A DNA stretch of 61,158 nt from Chiloscyllium plagiosum. Its lineage: Eukaryota. The notes beneath the pieces were generated by a model. The model worked only from the letters and a program-made list of their open reading frames with translations. It was not told the origin of the DNA and made no database searches. The position numbers and the translations under genes were made by a program. Position 1 is the stretch's first letter. Every line of letters begins with the position of its first letter. This document shows positions 1 to 13,012 of this stretch, piece after piece. The stretch lies in the NCBI RefSeq assembly GCF_004010195.1, contig NC_057711.1, forward strand, positions 74,723,571 through 74,784,728, in the 5' to 3' direction.

Positions 1-855
1 CAAAGTGTAATGGATCATGAGAGTGTAACATGTAGAGGAGAATCAAGGAGATAGTCATAAGAGGACCTTTAATGCATGGTAACTCAATAAGGATCACCGT
101 GGGATATGCAAGCAATACAACCTATAATCTTTCCGTAAATGTTTCTCCAAGGAGATCCAATATACCTAAGCACAGGAACAGGAAAGTTTGCACATAAATC
201 ATTTTTCTCTGCATTGCTTTTCTTTCCCAAATATCTACTTTGTCCCATTAATCTATACTTTTGTTTTTTTTTGCTTTTTTAAAAGTATTCAAAGTATTTT
301 CAACTAAGAATATTCCATTCTATATCATCTCTGATTAACCATTATTTTGGAACAGGATCTCACATTATTTCAAAATTGGTACCTATTGGGTCAGAAGCTT
401 GTTAAAAAAAATTCTTATCCATTTCGAGGGTACGTTTGCAGCTCGATTTAATTGTGTTATCAGCGGTATAGATAATATTTCAATACTTTAGGAGAAAATG
501 AAATTAAAGATCGGTTGAGAAAAGTGCCAGATTAAGTTAGAATTATTTTTCACTGAGAAACAAAAATAGAGAAAGAGTTGAATTATTCTGTATGTAGAAA
601 TGATGTGATATTTAACCTACATTTTTTTATGAAAGATGAGTACACTTCAAAAATAATTAAGAGGACGTGACGCATCTTAGATGTCATGAGGATGTGAACA
701 GTGCTACTTCAGAGCTTTTTTTCACTTTATTGCTACAAATTGGATTTGGTCAGCCCTCTAGGGATTGGCTAGGAGGCAGGAGTGACTAATGAAATGATGA
801 GGAAAGATGGGGAATGGGGTGACTATTATATCAATGCTTTGGTGCCATTTTAATA

Positions 856-1012
856 GTGGGGATAGTGAGGACTGCAGGTGCTAGAAAGTCAGAGTTAGTA
901 AAGAATGGAGCAGGAAAAGGCACAACAGATCAAGCAGCATCAGTGGAGCAGGGAAGTCAACATTTCAAGTCAGAATTTTTCGTCCGTCCTCATGAAAGCT
1001 TCCATCCTGAAC
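856..1012 (-). mobile_element. Penelope-like element terminal (tail) fragment, degenerate
   Basis: gtgaggactgcaggtgct...gcagcatc...aagtcaacattt matches the same tail family seen at 23067-23233 and 60331-60459. Confidence 0.6.
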
Positions 1013-3397
1013 TAGTTAAATGGATAGTTAAAGGTTTCTTCCCCATCCTGCTGCAATTTTGCCGAAATTTCATGGGGTGTCTGGTGAACATAGTGGCCCT
1101 TTGTGAGATCGGAATGGAGAGAACTCTTAATCAAGAACTTTGCAGCCCTAAAGGGACTTCACAAATCAATAGCTATGTACACAGCAACCGCCATCCCTGC
1201 CCTTATTAAATCCTATCCCCTTGCTTAGGTATCCTTGACTGGTCTCCATGTCCCTATATCTAGTTAAGAGATGTAGTAAGATCAAGTCTACAGTGTCTAA
1301 TGCTTAACAGTGTTGTGTGACTGCTAATGGCTAAGCTTGTAGTTTAACAGTTTCTTTTAGATAGTTAGATCTCTTAAACTAGTGTAATTTAAATACATCA
1401 AACTCCATTTGATGCTCAGCATTAACCTTCTCATAGACACTTCACAGCTATAGGAGTTGTCCTACCTTGGCCTCTCCTTTGTTAATGATAAAAACGATGA
1501 GTGCTTCCTGATTTAATAATGAAACACACACACTTGCTGATTCAAATGACCATTACGTAAGTCAATAATCTCTGAATGCTCTGTAAAGGCTTGGTTTAAT
1601 CCAATTTACATTTGAGCATTTCCTTTTCCCTGGATAGTATTTCACAAGTTTCTTGCAGATATTAATCTATCTTCGGTTGCTGTTTCTGATGTTTGAAGAC
1701 TTTCCCTGACTGTATGGAGTCCACTCTGATATTGTTTGTACATTTTCATAATGATGACTGTGTACAATCAATTTCTGCAAATAAAGGTAGGATGTTGACT
1801 GAAGCTTCAATGCTCATGAATCTGTATCAAAGCTCCAAGACCTTCTTCATGCTTAATTAAAGGTCATTTTTGAACTCCATGATCCAAGACTTCGCACAGA
1901 TATGGTGGTCACCCTTCTGCCTGTGGAAAATTCTAACACGTCGCTGGTGTTTGTGAGTGAGATACAGTAAGTTCCTATTCAGTTCCTGTGCATTTAAGTG
2001 CTGAGTATTTAGTAATTTTTCCTCTTCTTCCACTAAACCTTCAGTATCAGTGGCAACTGCATCTTCTGCTCTTCGATTCTGAACAAGAACAGTACTGTTT
2101 ATAATGGCCTCTTAAAGTAGGCCACTTTCATTGTCAGTGCCTTTTTTCCTGCTAGCTCCAGCTTTTGAGAGAAATGAAACCTCTGCATTATCTTCCAAAG
2201 ATCTTAAGGAGACTTACTTAATGCAAACTGAGTTAACCTGATTTGCTTTCGTAATTGTTAAACAAAGAATACTCAAAGCTATGTAACCATTTGTGCTTAA
2301 GAAAACTCCATGATGATTAGAAATGGCACATTGAATGCAAGTTATGTAATCTCTCTCTTCTTGTACTCTCTCCAAGTAGCAGTCAACCACTCTTGTACTT
2401 GTTCTGGAATGATCCGAAAACCTTCAGTTGAATACTGGATTGTAAAGAAGTTAATGCTTCAGAGGTGTTGTGGACTTTGGAAAAATGGACAGAGAGGATC
2501 TTTAATTCAAATAAAATCAAATACATCATCATTAATCATGACCTCCACACCATGGCATAGCATTGTGGATGTATCTGGATACCAGAATTCATTTAGTCGT
2601 TTTGTCTTATCTGCATGTCACAAAGGGTTATGCGGGCCTGCCATATCACATGGATGAATAAAGTCATCCTCCTCCAAAGCTTCCTCCAATCCTGGAACAT
2701 TTACAGACTATTGTGGTCTGTTGTTAAGCTTTTGTGTTGCTGATTCATCTCTGAAAAGGTCTCCGTCCTTGTTCTCATGATCATCGCTGTTACTGAGAGC
2801 GCAAAGCTCCACGGGTGGGCTCCTATAGTGGCAATAATCACATCCTGTTGCTTTCCATGCTTTCTGCTGGCAGACTTTCTGCATGTATTTTTATTTACCT
2901 GTATTTTGCAGTCACTTAGCACTTGCTATTCAGTTTAATTATTTGACAGCTTGTTGCATTTCCTGCTATGGAGGTTTGTTTATTTTCATGCTCTGACACT
3001 CTGCCATGGTTTTTTTCTCTGTATTTCCCTTGTCTAGCCAACTGATACTGTGCTGCCTGCCTTTTCATGCACTCACCATGGACTGACTAACTCTGGAGTG
3101 TTTATCTTTGAGTCTGCCGTGAGCATGTCTTTGGAATACTCTTTAGTGCTGCCTGACTAATACTTTTCCTTCTCCTAGTTCAGGAAGTCTTCCAGTGAGC
3201 TGCTGGTGCCTGGATGTACTGGGTTGTTACATTTCAGCCCACTGTGTCTTAAGATTATGGGTGTGCTCAAATGAGTGAATATTAACAGATTTGATTGAAC
3301 ATAACATTGGTATTGGTTCCACCTTGTTCTGACATTATCATTTTGTAGTTCCTTCGGTATATGTTTAATAGCTATTGGAGTAAAGGTCTAGTTAACT

Positions 3398-3822
3398 CAA
3401 GAAGTTTGACACCATCCTGGACAAAGCAGCCCACTTGATTGGCACCACCTCCACAAGCATCCATTCCCTCCACCACCGATACTCAGTAGCTACAATGTGG
3501 ACTATCTGCAAGATGCATTGCAGAAATTACTCAAAGATCCTTAGATAGCAAGTTCCAAACCCATGATCACTTCTATCTAGAAGGACAAAATAAGTATGGC
3601 AACACCACCAACTGCAAGTTCCCCTCCAAAACATTCACCAGCCTACTTCATCAGTGTCACTGGGTCAAAATCCTGAAATTCCCTCTCTAGTGGCATTGTG
3701 GGTCAACATACAGCATGCGGACTGCAGCAGTTCAAGAGGGAAGCTCACCACCACTTTCTCAATTGTAGTTAGGAACAGGCAATAAATATTGGCCAGATAG
3801 TGATGCCCACATCTAGGAGTGA
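3398..3822 (+). mobile_element. 3' end of a CR1/L2-group LINE (same family as 59595-60570 and probably 7485-8760)
   Basis: KKFDTILDKAAHLIG-type RT C-terminus, gggtcaaaatcctg motif, ends caataaat...gatgcccacatc; the reverse complement of this family is at 59.6-60.0 kb. Confidence 0.75.
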
Positions 3823-4519
3823 TGTAAAGAGAGCCATTCACTCCACAGGATGGTGAGTTTCTTCCACAGTGTGTTCGCTCGACAGCAATGGCCCCTGATT
3901 TGATTGGTTAACAGTTCCTGGCAGTAGGTGCCTGTCCTTTAAAGGCTGACAGCCCCAAGAGTAACTAATTCACTAGGGCCACTGCCACATTGAAATCATT
4001 CAGGCCATGAACTCAGGAAGTCTTCATACAACTGCTGACTATATAGTTTTATACCATTGAAATTTTGACACGTTAGTTAATGACAAAAAGACAATAATGC
4101 TACTGACTAAATGCATTGGAAAACTGTGATGCACAGTAGCTGCATTTGTTCCTATAGAATATTTCTAGATTATGTATTTCCCTACAAGAGTTGACTGGGT
4201 CAAGGTACTGGCACTTATTTCGATAACAGAAGCCATTGTTGATATTACTGTAATTTGTTATTTTGTCATTTATATAGACATAACCAAACTACCTCCTCAC
4301 CCCCATATGGACTTGTTTCAAAGGGTAGCAAAGAAATTCTTTCTGGTTTAGATTATATTTGTTGATGCGTAATGCACAACATAGAAAGACAAAATCAAGA
4401 ACGGTGGTGATGAAGATGGAGAAAGGAGTGAAGGTTCAGAGCATTCGAGAAAATTTGTAGCTTAGGTTGTGGATGAGGTTGTTGACTTGCTCACTGAGCT
4501 GGTCAGTTTGTTTGCAGAT

Positions 4520-5875
4520 CTGGGGGTGATGATACATTGCAGATTGATCCATTTCTTGACGTCTAAGGATTCTGTCATATTTCCATCGGTAAGGACTGTT
4601 GCTGACATCTTGTCGTGGTGGAGTCAGAAGATGTTGATGAATTTCACTGGAGAGCCAGCCTTTGACAGAGTCTTCCAGAACATTTCCCAATTGACTGTGC
4701 CAAGCCTCTTGGTAAAATTGATGAAGGTCATGTAGAAAGTGATTGGTGTATTTCCTGGTATTTCTCTAGGAGTTGCTCAGCAAGTCATGCCCATATTTTC
4801 ATGGTTTGGTCAGATGCCAGATTGGCTTTCAGGAAAGATTCCCTCAGAGACTGGAAGAAGGCATCTAGTGAGGTTTTGGGTGATGATCTTCCAGAAGGTG
4901 GAGAATAGGGAGATTCTTCAGTAATTCCCACAAACAGCACCGACTCCTTTCTTGAAGATGGTGGCAGTGGTAGCAACCCTGAGGAATTCCTTAATCATCC
5001 CAGATTTCCAGGAGCAATTGATGAAGATGACAGGTAAACCTTGCCCCTTCAAGTTTTAAAATCTCTGCTGGAGTTTGGTCTACACCTGCATCTTTCCATT
5101 CTTCATATGTCTTTTGGTTGCTTCAATTTCTGCCACACTGGGTGGGAATCCAAGGTCATCATTGATGCTGACTTGGGAGAGTTAGACTATAAGACCATAA
5201 GACATAGGAGTGGAAGTAAGGCCATTCGGCCCATCGAGTCCACTCCGCCATTCAATCATGGCTGATGCAACATGGCTGATTACAACAGCCATCTTCCAAT
5301 CATCCAGGACCTTTCCTGACTCCAGTGACTCTTGAAAGATCTCAACCAATGCCTCTGCTATTTCCTCAGCCACCTCTCTCAGAACTCTAGGGTGTATCCC
5401 ATCGGGGCCAGGAGATTTATCAATTTTAAGACTTTTTAACTTTTCTAGCACTATCTCTTTCGTAATGGCAACCATACTCAACTCAGCCCCGTGACACCCT
5501 TTAATTTTTGGGATATTACTCATGTCTTCCACCGTGAAAACTGACGCAAAGTTCCCCAAATATGTTCTCATTGACGAATTTAGCACAGTTTAGGAGTTTG
5601 TTTTTCAAGTGTTGTCTCTATCAGAGACTGATGTTTTCTCTGTCTCTCAAAGTATGCCATCCTTACTCCACACTATTTTGAGGCTAAGGCTGTTGGGTCT
5701 GTATATTGCCTTTGTGGCACTGAAGAAACCCTGGGTAATGTGCTTATCAGCAAGGAGTTACATCGCCTTAGCTTGCCCAGTCCACCATTTATTTTCGATT
5801 TTCCTTCTTCTTTGTTTCCTTCTTTCCACCTTTGCTATTTGGTGAGATCTCCTCTTGCCTTGCCTTCACCTTGCC
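4520..5875 (-). mobile_element. RTE-clade LINE, inverted 5' segment (EN-RT linker to N-terminal RT), decayed
   Basis: Minus-strand translation gives WWTGQAKAM.LLADKH..GFFSATKAIY, FYMTFINFTKRLGTVNWEMFWKTLSKAGSPVKFINI and CIITP, typical RTE/BovB ORF motifs. Confidence 0.8.
5184..5550 (-). mobile_element. CR1 LINE fragment (3' tail fused to the KSPGPDG region) nested in the RTE
   Basis: ORF 5182-5586 contains LKIDKSPGPDGIHPRVLREVAEEIAEAL joined directly to the CR1 3' UTR/tail (cctatgtcttatggtcttat); removing it restores the RTE frame GE|LSQ. Confidence 0.85.
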
Positions 5876-6860
5876 AAGAACAAACTTCCCAGTAATGTGA
5901 ACATTGTCTACAGGGTGAATGGAGAATTTTTCAAACTCGACTGATTGAAATAAAAGAAGAAAGTGACCCCAATCTTGCTTATGGAACTTCAGAATGCAGA
6001 TGACAATCTCTGCTCTCTCGGAAGAGAATCTGCAAGCCTCACTTAATGCCCTTGTACAAACATACCAAAGAATTGGTCTCAGCCTCAACCTCAAGAAGGT
6101 TCAAATCCTTTACTAACCCATCCCAAGTCAAGTTCCAGTCCAGCTCTTCATTAGGATCAATGGAGAAATTCTCCCAAATGTGGAAAATTTCCCTGAACCC
6201 AAGAAGCTAACTTTCATCTAAAACAGACATCAGTGTGGAGATTCAACATTGTGTCCAATCTGTGAGTAGTACCTACAGATGCCTAAGGATGAGCGACTTC
6301 AACAACTGTGGAATTCATTCTGATATTAAGATCCTTGTTTATGAGTCATTCATCTTTCTGAATCTTCTGTATGGGTCCAAAGCATAGACTCTGTATGGAC
6401 GCCACCCTAAGATCCTTGAGAAGTACCATCAATGCTGTCTGAGACAGATTCTCTGTACCAGCTGGAAGGACAGGCATACTAACATCAGCAACCTTGAAGC
6501 AGCTAATTGCACCAGCATCAAGGTCACGATGATCTGAAACCAACTCAGCTTGGCGAACCACGTGCTTAGGATGCCTGAGTTCCAACTCACAAATCAAATC
6601 TTCTTCGCCCAGCTCAAGGAAGGCACTCAACTGGAAGGACAGCAAAAGATGTATTTGAACAATTTCCTGAAGGCTTCCTTCAAGAAATGCAACATTGATT
6701 TCAATACATGGAAGACCCTCCTTCAGAAGAAACTGACTTACACGAATCTCCAAATGAAGGGACGCAATTCTTCAAGAATACCTGGTGGCAAAAGGAGGTA
6801 TAGAAGAGGAGTGGAGAGAAAAATGCTAATGATCTCAATGCCAAGGACCAATTCCACCCC
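5864..6860 (+). mobile_element. RTE-clade LINE 3' segment (RT C-terminal half), decayed
   Basis: LHLAKNKLPSNVNIVYRVNGEFF, ELQNADDN (YADD-like), GLSLNLKK, WKDRHTN, HVLRMPEFQLTNQIFFAQL. Confidence 0.85.
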
Positions 6861-7484
6861 CTAGAAATCCCCACAAAATGTCAGGTCAGCCATGTAGCTC
6901 TTTGATTATGCACATGAGCCATTCAAGGGTCTACAGAGACTTGACAGACCATGCAGGGTCAAGAACCGAAACATGATCAACAGGCATTAGACTAAACACC
7001 TACCAATCTTCGAAGGCTGAAGAACACATTCTGGAAGCACAGATTACCTAAATTTGTCAAGTCAGAGACTTGACTTCTAGGCAGTAGGGTAGCAGTGAAT
7101 GTACTTTTATTCATAAATGTATAATGTTAACTAGGGGAGACGTTATATATTACTTAACAGTTTAGCGAGTGTTGATGTTAGAATCTGCATTAGCTTTCCC
7201 CAAACTGATGGTGTCATTGGGACCTGGATCAGGTAATGTCCGAACATCTTAGGACTTTATTGGGTTAAAATTTATTTCTGAGCTTTTGTTATAGTCTTAG
7301 TAGCAATGTTTATCTTAATAATGTAACTTGCACATAATTGTTATCATGCAATAAACTAAACCTTGTTTAAGACAAGCTCTTTTTTGCATTAGCACTCATT
7401 TGGTGACAGCAAACTATCCCAACCCAAGGTGGTATTTGCTGGCATTGCAGCACATGCAAATGTCTTTATTTCTGTTCTAATAAT

Positions 7485-8760
7485 AAAGGGGTGGTCAATG
7501 AAGAAGCAGCTAAAGATGGTTGAGTCTATAGAACATGATCCTGCACAACCCCAGCAATGAAGTCAAGGGAATGAGAGGTTTGACATCCAACACTCAGAAC
7601 TATCTTCATGTGTGCTAGATAGGATTCCACCCAATGGAGGATATACTGTCCTGATTCTAATTTACATCAATTTGACTAGGGTATCTGGATGTCGAACTCA
7701 CTCAAATGCTGCTTCATGCATTGAGTTGTCAGTCTACTCTCACTTCTCGAGTTTACCTCTTCTGTCCATTTTTGGACCAAGGTTGGACTGAGGGCAGAAG
7801 CTGAATGGTTTTGAAAGACGCCGCGCTGAGCATCAATAAGCAGGTCATTATAGATTAAATGCTGCTTGATTGTACTGTTGATGACCCCTTCCACTACTTT
7901 GTTGATCATGACTAATGAATGGTAACCACTGCTTGGTAACCACTTGGTTTGATTTTGTGGATTGACATACCCGAAAAACTTTACACATTCTTGGGTGAAT
8001 CTCAGTGGAAGATATACTGGAACAATCTAGCTATTTAGCAGTTTGTTTTGAAGCTTCCATCATCAGTGCTATTACAAGAATATATACCATGTGAAAATTC
8101 CAGTGCCTTTGACCTCTTCTTGATATCATGTGGAGTGAATCAAATTGGCCAAATTTATCATACTGGATAGCTTGAAAGGAGAATGAGGTGAAAAACCCAC
8201 TTAGTACTTTAACAGAAGGTGCTTGTAAATGCTTCAGCCTTGTACTTTGCAAAGATATGATATACTATGCTATCTCTCAGGAGTCTCCTCCTATAATTTG
8301 TCCAATTGTCCACTATCATTCACAATTGGATTGATATGGCGACAGAGGTCTAACTGATCTGTTGGTTATGGGATGGCTTAGTTCCTTCTATGGCATGCTG
8401 CTTCTGCTGTTTAGCATATCTCTAGTCCTGTATTGTTGCTTCAATGGGCTGGTTACACATATTTAGGAATGCCATGCTCCTCTTTATTCTTCATTATTAT
8501 CCAGGATTAATCCTTGGCATTATGGTAATAGCAGAGTGATGCATATACTTGGCCTTGAAAGTTAGAGATTCTAATTGAAAGAATTATTCTGCTGATGCTC
8601 CACAGTAACTGATAGATGGTACTGTCATACCTCCACCATTGAGACTGTTCTCGGTGTGGTAACGGTAGTGCATCTCCTCAAAGACTATGCAATGGCTATT
8701 CTAACAGAGTCATGGATTGAAGAGAATAGGGTAAAATACTTTTCTTCTGCTTGCTGTTTC
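7485..8760 (-). mobile_element. CR1/L2-group LINE ORF2 fragment (RT domain), decayed
   Basis: ORF 7676-7909 INKVVEGVINSTIKQHLIYNDLLIDAQRGVFQNHSA resembles the SKVME...QFGFR..HS RT block. Confidence 0.7.
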
Positions 8761-10854
8761 TTTTACCACCTTCCTCAGGCCCAGAAAAATCCTTCAAGAC
8801 TGCTATCTCAATATTCACCTTTCCAGGGGCTTCTGCTCAAACTCTGTTTCATGACAATGGGGGAATTATGTTCATTTTTGTTGAAATGTACTGGAAGAAC
8901 AAACTAACTCACATCACTAAACAATCCAATATATACTGAGATCCATATTGTTACAATGAGCAGGAATACAAAACTTACAGGTGAAGAAAAAGGTGTTTTA
9001 GATAAAATAGAAACAGCCTTTAGACCTAACAGTTTAATCAGATTTTTAAAAATAAAATGATTTATAATCATTTTCCATCCTTTAAGTAACATTCTGACGT
9101 CCTTTATTCATGGCATGGAGTTCATCCAAACACCAGCTGCACATCAAAATAATCTATATTTCATATAACCACATAATGAATGGCTCTCCCAACTCATTTA
9201 CTGTGATAATTATATCATTCATTATTGTAAAAGCAATAATGGTCCATTAGTTTATCTAGTTAGCAGAGAAGATAACTGCAGGATGATAGAAGGTTAAAAG
9301 ATAAATTGTCCAAAGAAGGTCAGCATCATTAGTCACATGGGCATTTGTTGTCCATCTCAATTCATCCCTCTAGTGACTTCCTAGGCCACATTTTTGAGGA
9401 AATAGAATCACATCCGGTCAAAAAGATAAGGACACTATTCTTCTCTGAAAGGTACAAGTTGAATTTTTCTGATCACCTAGTTGCTACCCAGATACCTTTA
9501 TTTGCACAAGTCTTTTACTTCAAGATTTGTGAAATTCTATGTATTCTGACAGTAGCCCCTATTTCCTATGGGTGCCTGCATCTGACACTACCCTGTGTCC
9601 CCAAGAGGAAGGGGCAGCTGGAGCGAGGTCACAGTCCCTTATTCCAGACAGATTCACCTTCTTTTTAAAATGTACAATGTTATAGTTCCACTGATTTGAC
9701 AACAGGAATAGAAGTTTATGAATAATATATTGCGGAATTGCTTGTGTATTTGAATGGAGAAATAAAAGAATACAAATGCAACTGTGTCAATCCTCTTAAA
9801 TATTTGAATGTTGATGGAGCTCAATACTATCATGGCTATATGGTTGAAGTTGTGGCCCAGAATTCAAATACTAGTATTGCATCTTAAGGGCTTCAATTAA
9901 TAAAATCTTGAAATAAAAGACTTGCAAGCATCTGTGGCTAAAACCATAGAGTGCAGGTTAGTGAACATATCTGACAGATACTGACTGCTCTGGTCAGGCC
10001 TCTCCATTGTGGTCACTAATCTTTCCATCGAGACAGCTGGGTGTGTGCATGCCAGATCCAGTATGGCATGATAACTTTTGTTAACTTCACCCTTTAATCC
10101 AACATATTTAGCACTTCAACTGAAATACCCGCTGTTATTGGGCCCATCTATGGATTTTGATAAAGTAATTAATGGGTGAGAAAGAAGAAATGTTTATATC
10201 ATGTCTGAGCAGATGACTGGTCTCTGGCAGTCCTCTAAGGGCTAGAGACATGGACACTTCTTCCTCAACCATGTTGCAGTGATGTGTCAGCAATGTGTTC
10301 ACCAGCTTTGAAATGCTGGAATACACAGGGAGGTGAAAGCTTTGCTTATGTGCCCTCTGGAGGTCCAGTGGCTTCCTCCTCAGATGTGGAGGTGGAACTC
10401 AAGATTTCCGCTACCAGTCTCTTTCTCGTCAAGGTTTCCTGGGTGCCACAGGAGAGCCGATAGGAGAGGATTCTTGCAAATGAACCTCCCTTTGACAAAC
10501 AGATACACTCTCTGTAGTTATCACAATTAGACTTCCCTTCCCAATGAAATGCAATAGACAAAGATCAGTAAGATTTGTCTTCTTTTGTTGGATATCTGAA
10601 ATAGTCAAGTAAGGGGGGAAGAATTCATTTGCGTATTGAAGCTAAAACAGACTGTTTCAGCACTAGAGACAATATGGCTTTCATCAGTTATATCAATAAA
10701 GATCTCACAGAAATAACAGCCTATGATGCTGTATGCTCCCGGGGAATTGATGTTCTAGCAGCTTCTAGCAGTGCCTTGAAAGCACATTGTTTTTGTACTT
10801 TGAAAGATGTGAAATGTGAAAGTCGCTATAGTCCCAGAGGATGTTGTCTCATTA

Positions 10855-11072
10855 GAATCACAGAAACAGATGGAATCGATGAGGCTCTTTGGCCCATTGA
10901 GTCTGCAGAGAGGACAGTTACTCTAAATCTACACTCATCCCACTTTCCAGCACATGGTCTATAACCTTGAATATTTTGACATTTCAAGTGCTCATCTAAG
11001 TACATTTTAAAGGCTGTAAGTTTTGTTGCCTCAACTATTCTCCCAGGCAGTGCATTCCGCTCTTCCATCTTC
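10855..11072 (-). mobile_element. CR1 LINE 3' end
   Basis: NALPGRIVEA..LTAFKMYLDEHL and CR1 3' UTR gggccaaagagcct with short tail. Confidence 0.8.
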
Positions 11073-11109
11073 AAATTACAACCCTTTGTTAATAGAGAGA
11101 GAGAGAGAG

Positions 11110-11232
11110 ATTTGTAGTGGTGAGTTCAACTTGAGGGTCATTATGTCTGAAGTAAGCACACAGTTGAAAAGCTGGACTTTCAAAATGACCTCAGCCAGCA
11201 TGGGAATTGAACCCACCATGCAGCCAACTAGC
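11110..11232 (-). mobile_element. tRNA-derived SINE fragment
   Basis: Minus strand B-box-like gggttcaattccc followed by gctgaggtc; preceded by a (ga)n run. Confidence 0.45.
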
Positions 11233-11569
11233 TTTTGCTGTAGATGTTTTAGAATTTGGAATACAGATAAAGGACACAAATTACTTGCTTAGAAATCCAT
11301 TTTAAAACTAAAACAGCACCCAAGCTAGCAAAGGAATTGGGAAAGGTGCATATGGGGTTTTCAAAGTTGTAATATCTCTGACGAAAGACAAGACTAAGTT
11401 AGACTTAGGAATTTCCCTTCATTATCAGAAAAATCCATATTGCAATTGATGTGTCACTGATGGTGGGAAATTTGTTAAACCATAAATATTGTTGGTGTAA
11501 GTATTCTATCTGCATTTATCTCAGTGTAATTTTGACTGTATAAAAGTGACAGTAGTCAGGAATATAAGA

Positions 11570-11913
11570 GGCAAAGTCAGAATAGATTTTGAGAATCTAT
11601 CCTCCATGGCAGACATGTCTAAGACTAAAGGGGTTAAGTTTGAGAGGAGTAACTAGTTTAGAGGAGATCTGAGGATTTTCTTTTCACCCAGAGGGTGGTA
11701 AATACATGGAACATGCTGCCTGAGAGGGTAGTGGCGGCAAGCAATCTTGCAAGATCTAAGAAGCATTTGGATGAGAACTTAAATTACCAGGGCATTGTAG
11801 ATTAAGGACCCCAATGCAGGTAAACAATGTTAGTTTGGTTTGGTGAAGGTTGGTCAGCATAGACATGGTAGGCTAAAGGGCCTGTTTCTATGTTGTATAA
11901 TTTTATGACTCTG
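11570..11913 (+). mobile_element. CR1 LINE 3' end
   Basis: ttttcacccagagggtggta...tggaacatgctgcctgag, 3' UTR ggctaaagggcctgtttctatg and atgactct tail. Confidence 0.8.
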
Positions 11914-13012
11914 ATATTAACATGAATTGCGAGGAACTTGTCATGCAAATTGCTTGTGAAGTTAACCACTTTTATGTGCAACTCAAGTTCATGGCTGTCG
12001 TGAAATCATACAGTCAGATAGTTTTAACTTGTCCTCATTAAGAAGCAGCAATGCACATGAGGATTCAATAGAAATGAAATTATCTACATAAATAGGCTTC
12101 ATACGTACACATTCTTCAAAAAAGTGTATGCATTCTGATGACCATGGGAAAAAAAAGTCAAGGCCCCATATAATTCTTATCTTGTCAATATAATTGAATT
12201 TCGAGTCTCAAACTTCCCCACTAAATAGACCATGGTCACATTTCATTTTCAAATATATTTTGTCAACACACACACTAGCTGGCTGCATATTCCACTCATT
12301 TGGACCTTGAACATACATTAAAATGTGTTTGACAGCAATAAAATTTCATTGGTTTCTATTGTGTTGCAATTCTTCAGCAATTCAACAGCGTGCAATGTTT
12401 TATTTATACCATTTACCTTTGAAGCGTGCTGTCAGCTTAACGAATACCAAAATAACATAGAATATCTGAGGGATGTGGTGTACAGAGAATGAATTTAAAT
12501 TTCACAAAAATTAAAGAAAGTTATTCAAAGGGACCAAAAACCCACATTAGTATGTATTGAGAAAAAAATTGTCAATCTGGTCATCAAGCTTTTTTCATCC
12601 TAGAGATTGGGTGTAATTTGTAAAATCACAGCAAGCTGATTTATTTCTTCTATTTTCAATTGTGCAAGCATGGGTCACTACCCAAGTTGAGAAGAGTGAA
12701 AGAAACAGAGTTGGACCTGGAAGAAGTGATTAGTTAATAGGTTTAGGTTTCAAAAGTTGGAATATTATAAGAAGTAAGTTTAGAATTTCTCGAAGGAGAT
12801 AGGTTGCAGTCTGAGACTATGTTATGCAGAAATGTGGAAACTCCAATAAAGGTCAAAGGAATGAAACTAAGGCAATTGATAGTTGAATGATGAAGCTAGC
12901 AAAGATAAAAGATAATGAAAGAGAAAGTTATTTATATAGCCTTACTTCTTTGCCACATATGGGGTTCATGTAGCTGTACAGTGTCTTGCAGTACTTCCTG
13001 TCTATGACAAAA

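Noticed and set aside
10333..10561. Short ORFs as a terminal coding exon
   Set aside because: No recognisable domain, weak splice context and no partner exons found.
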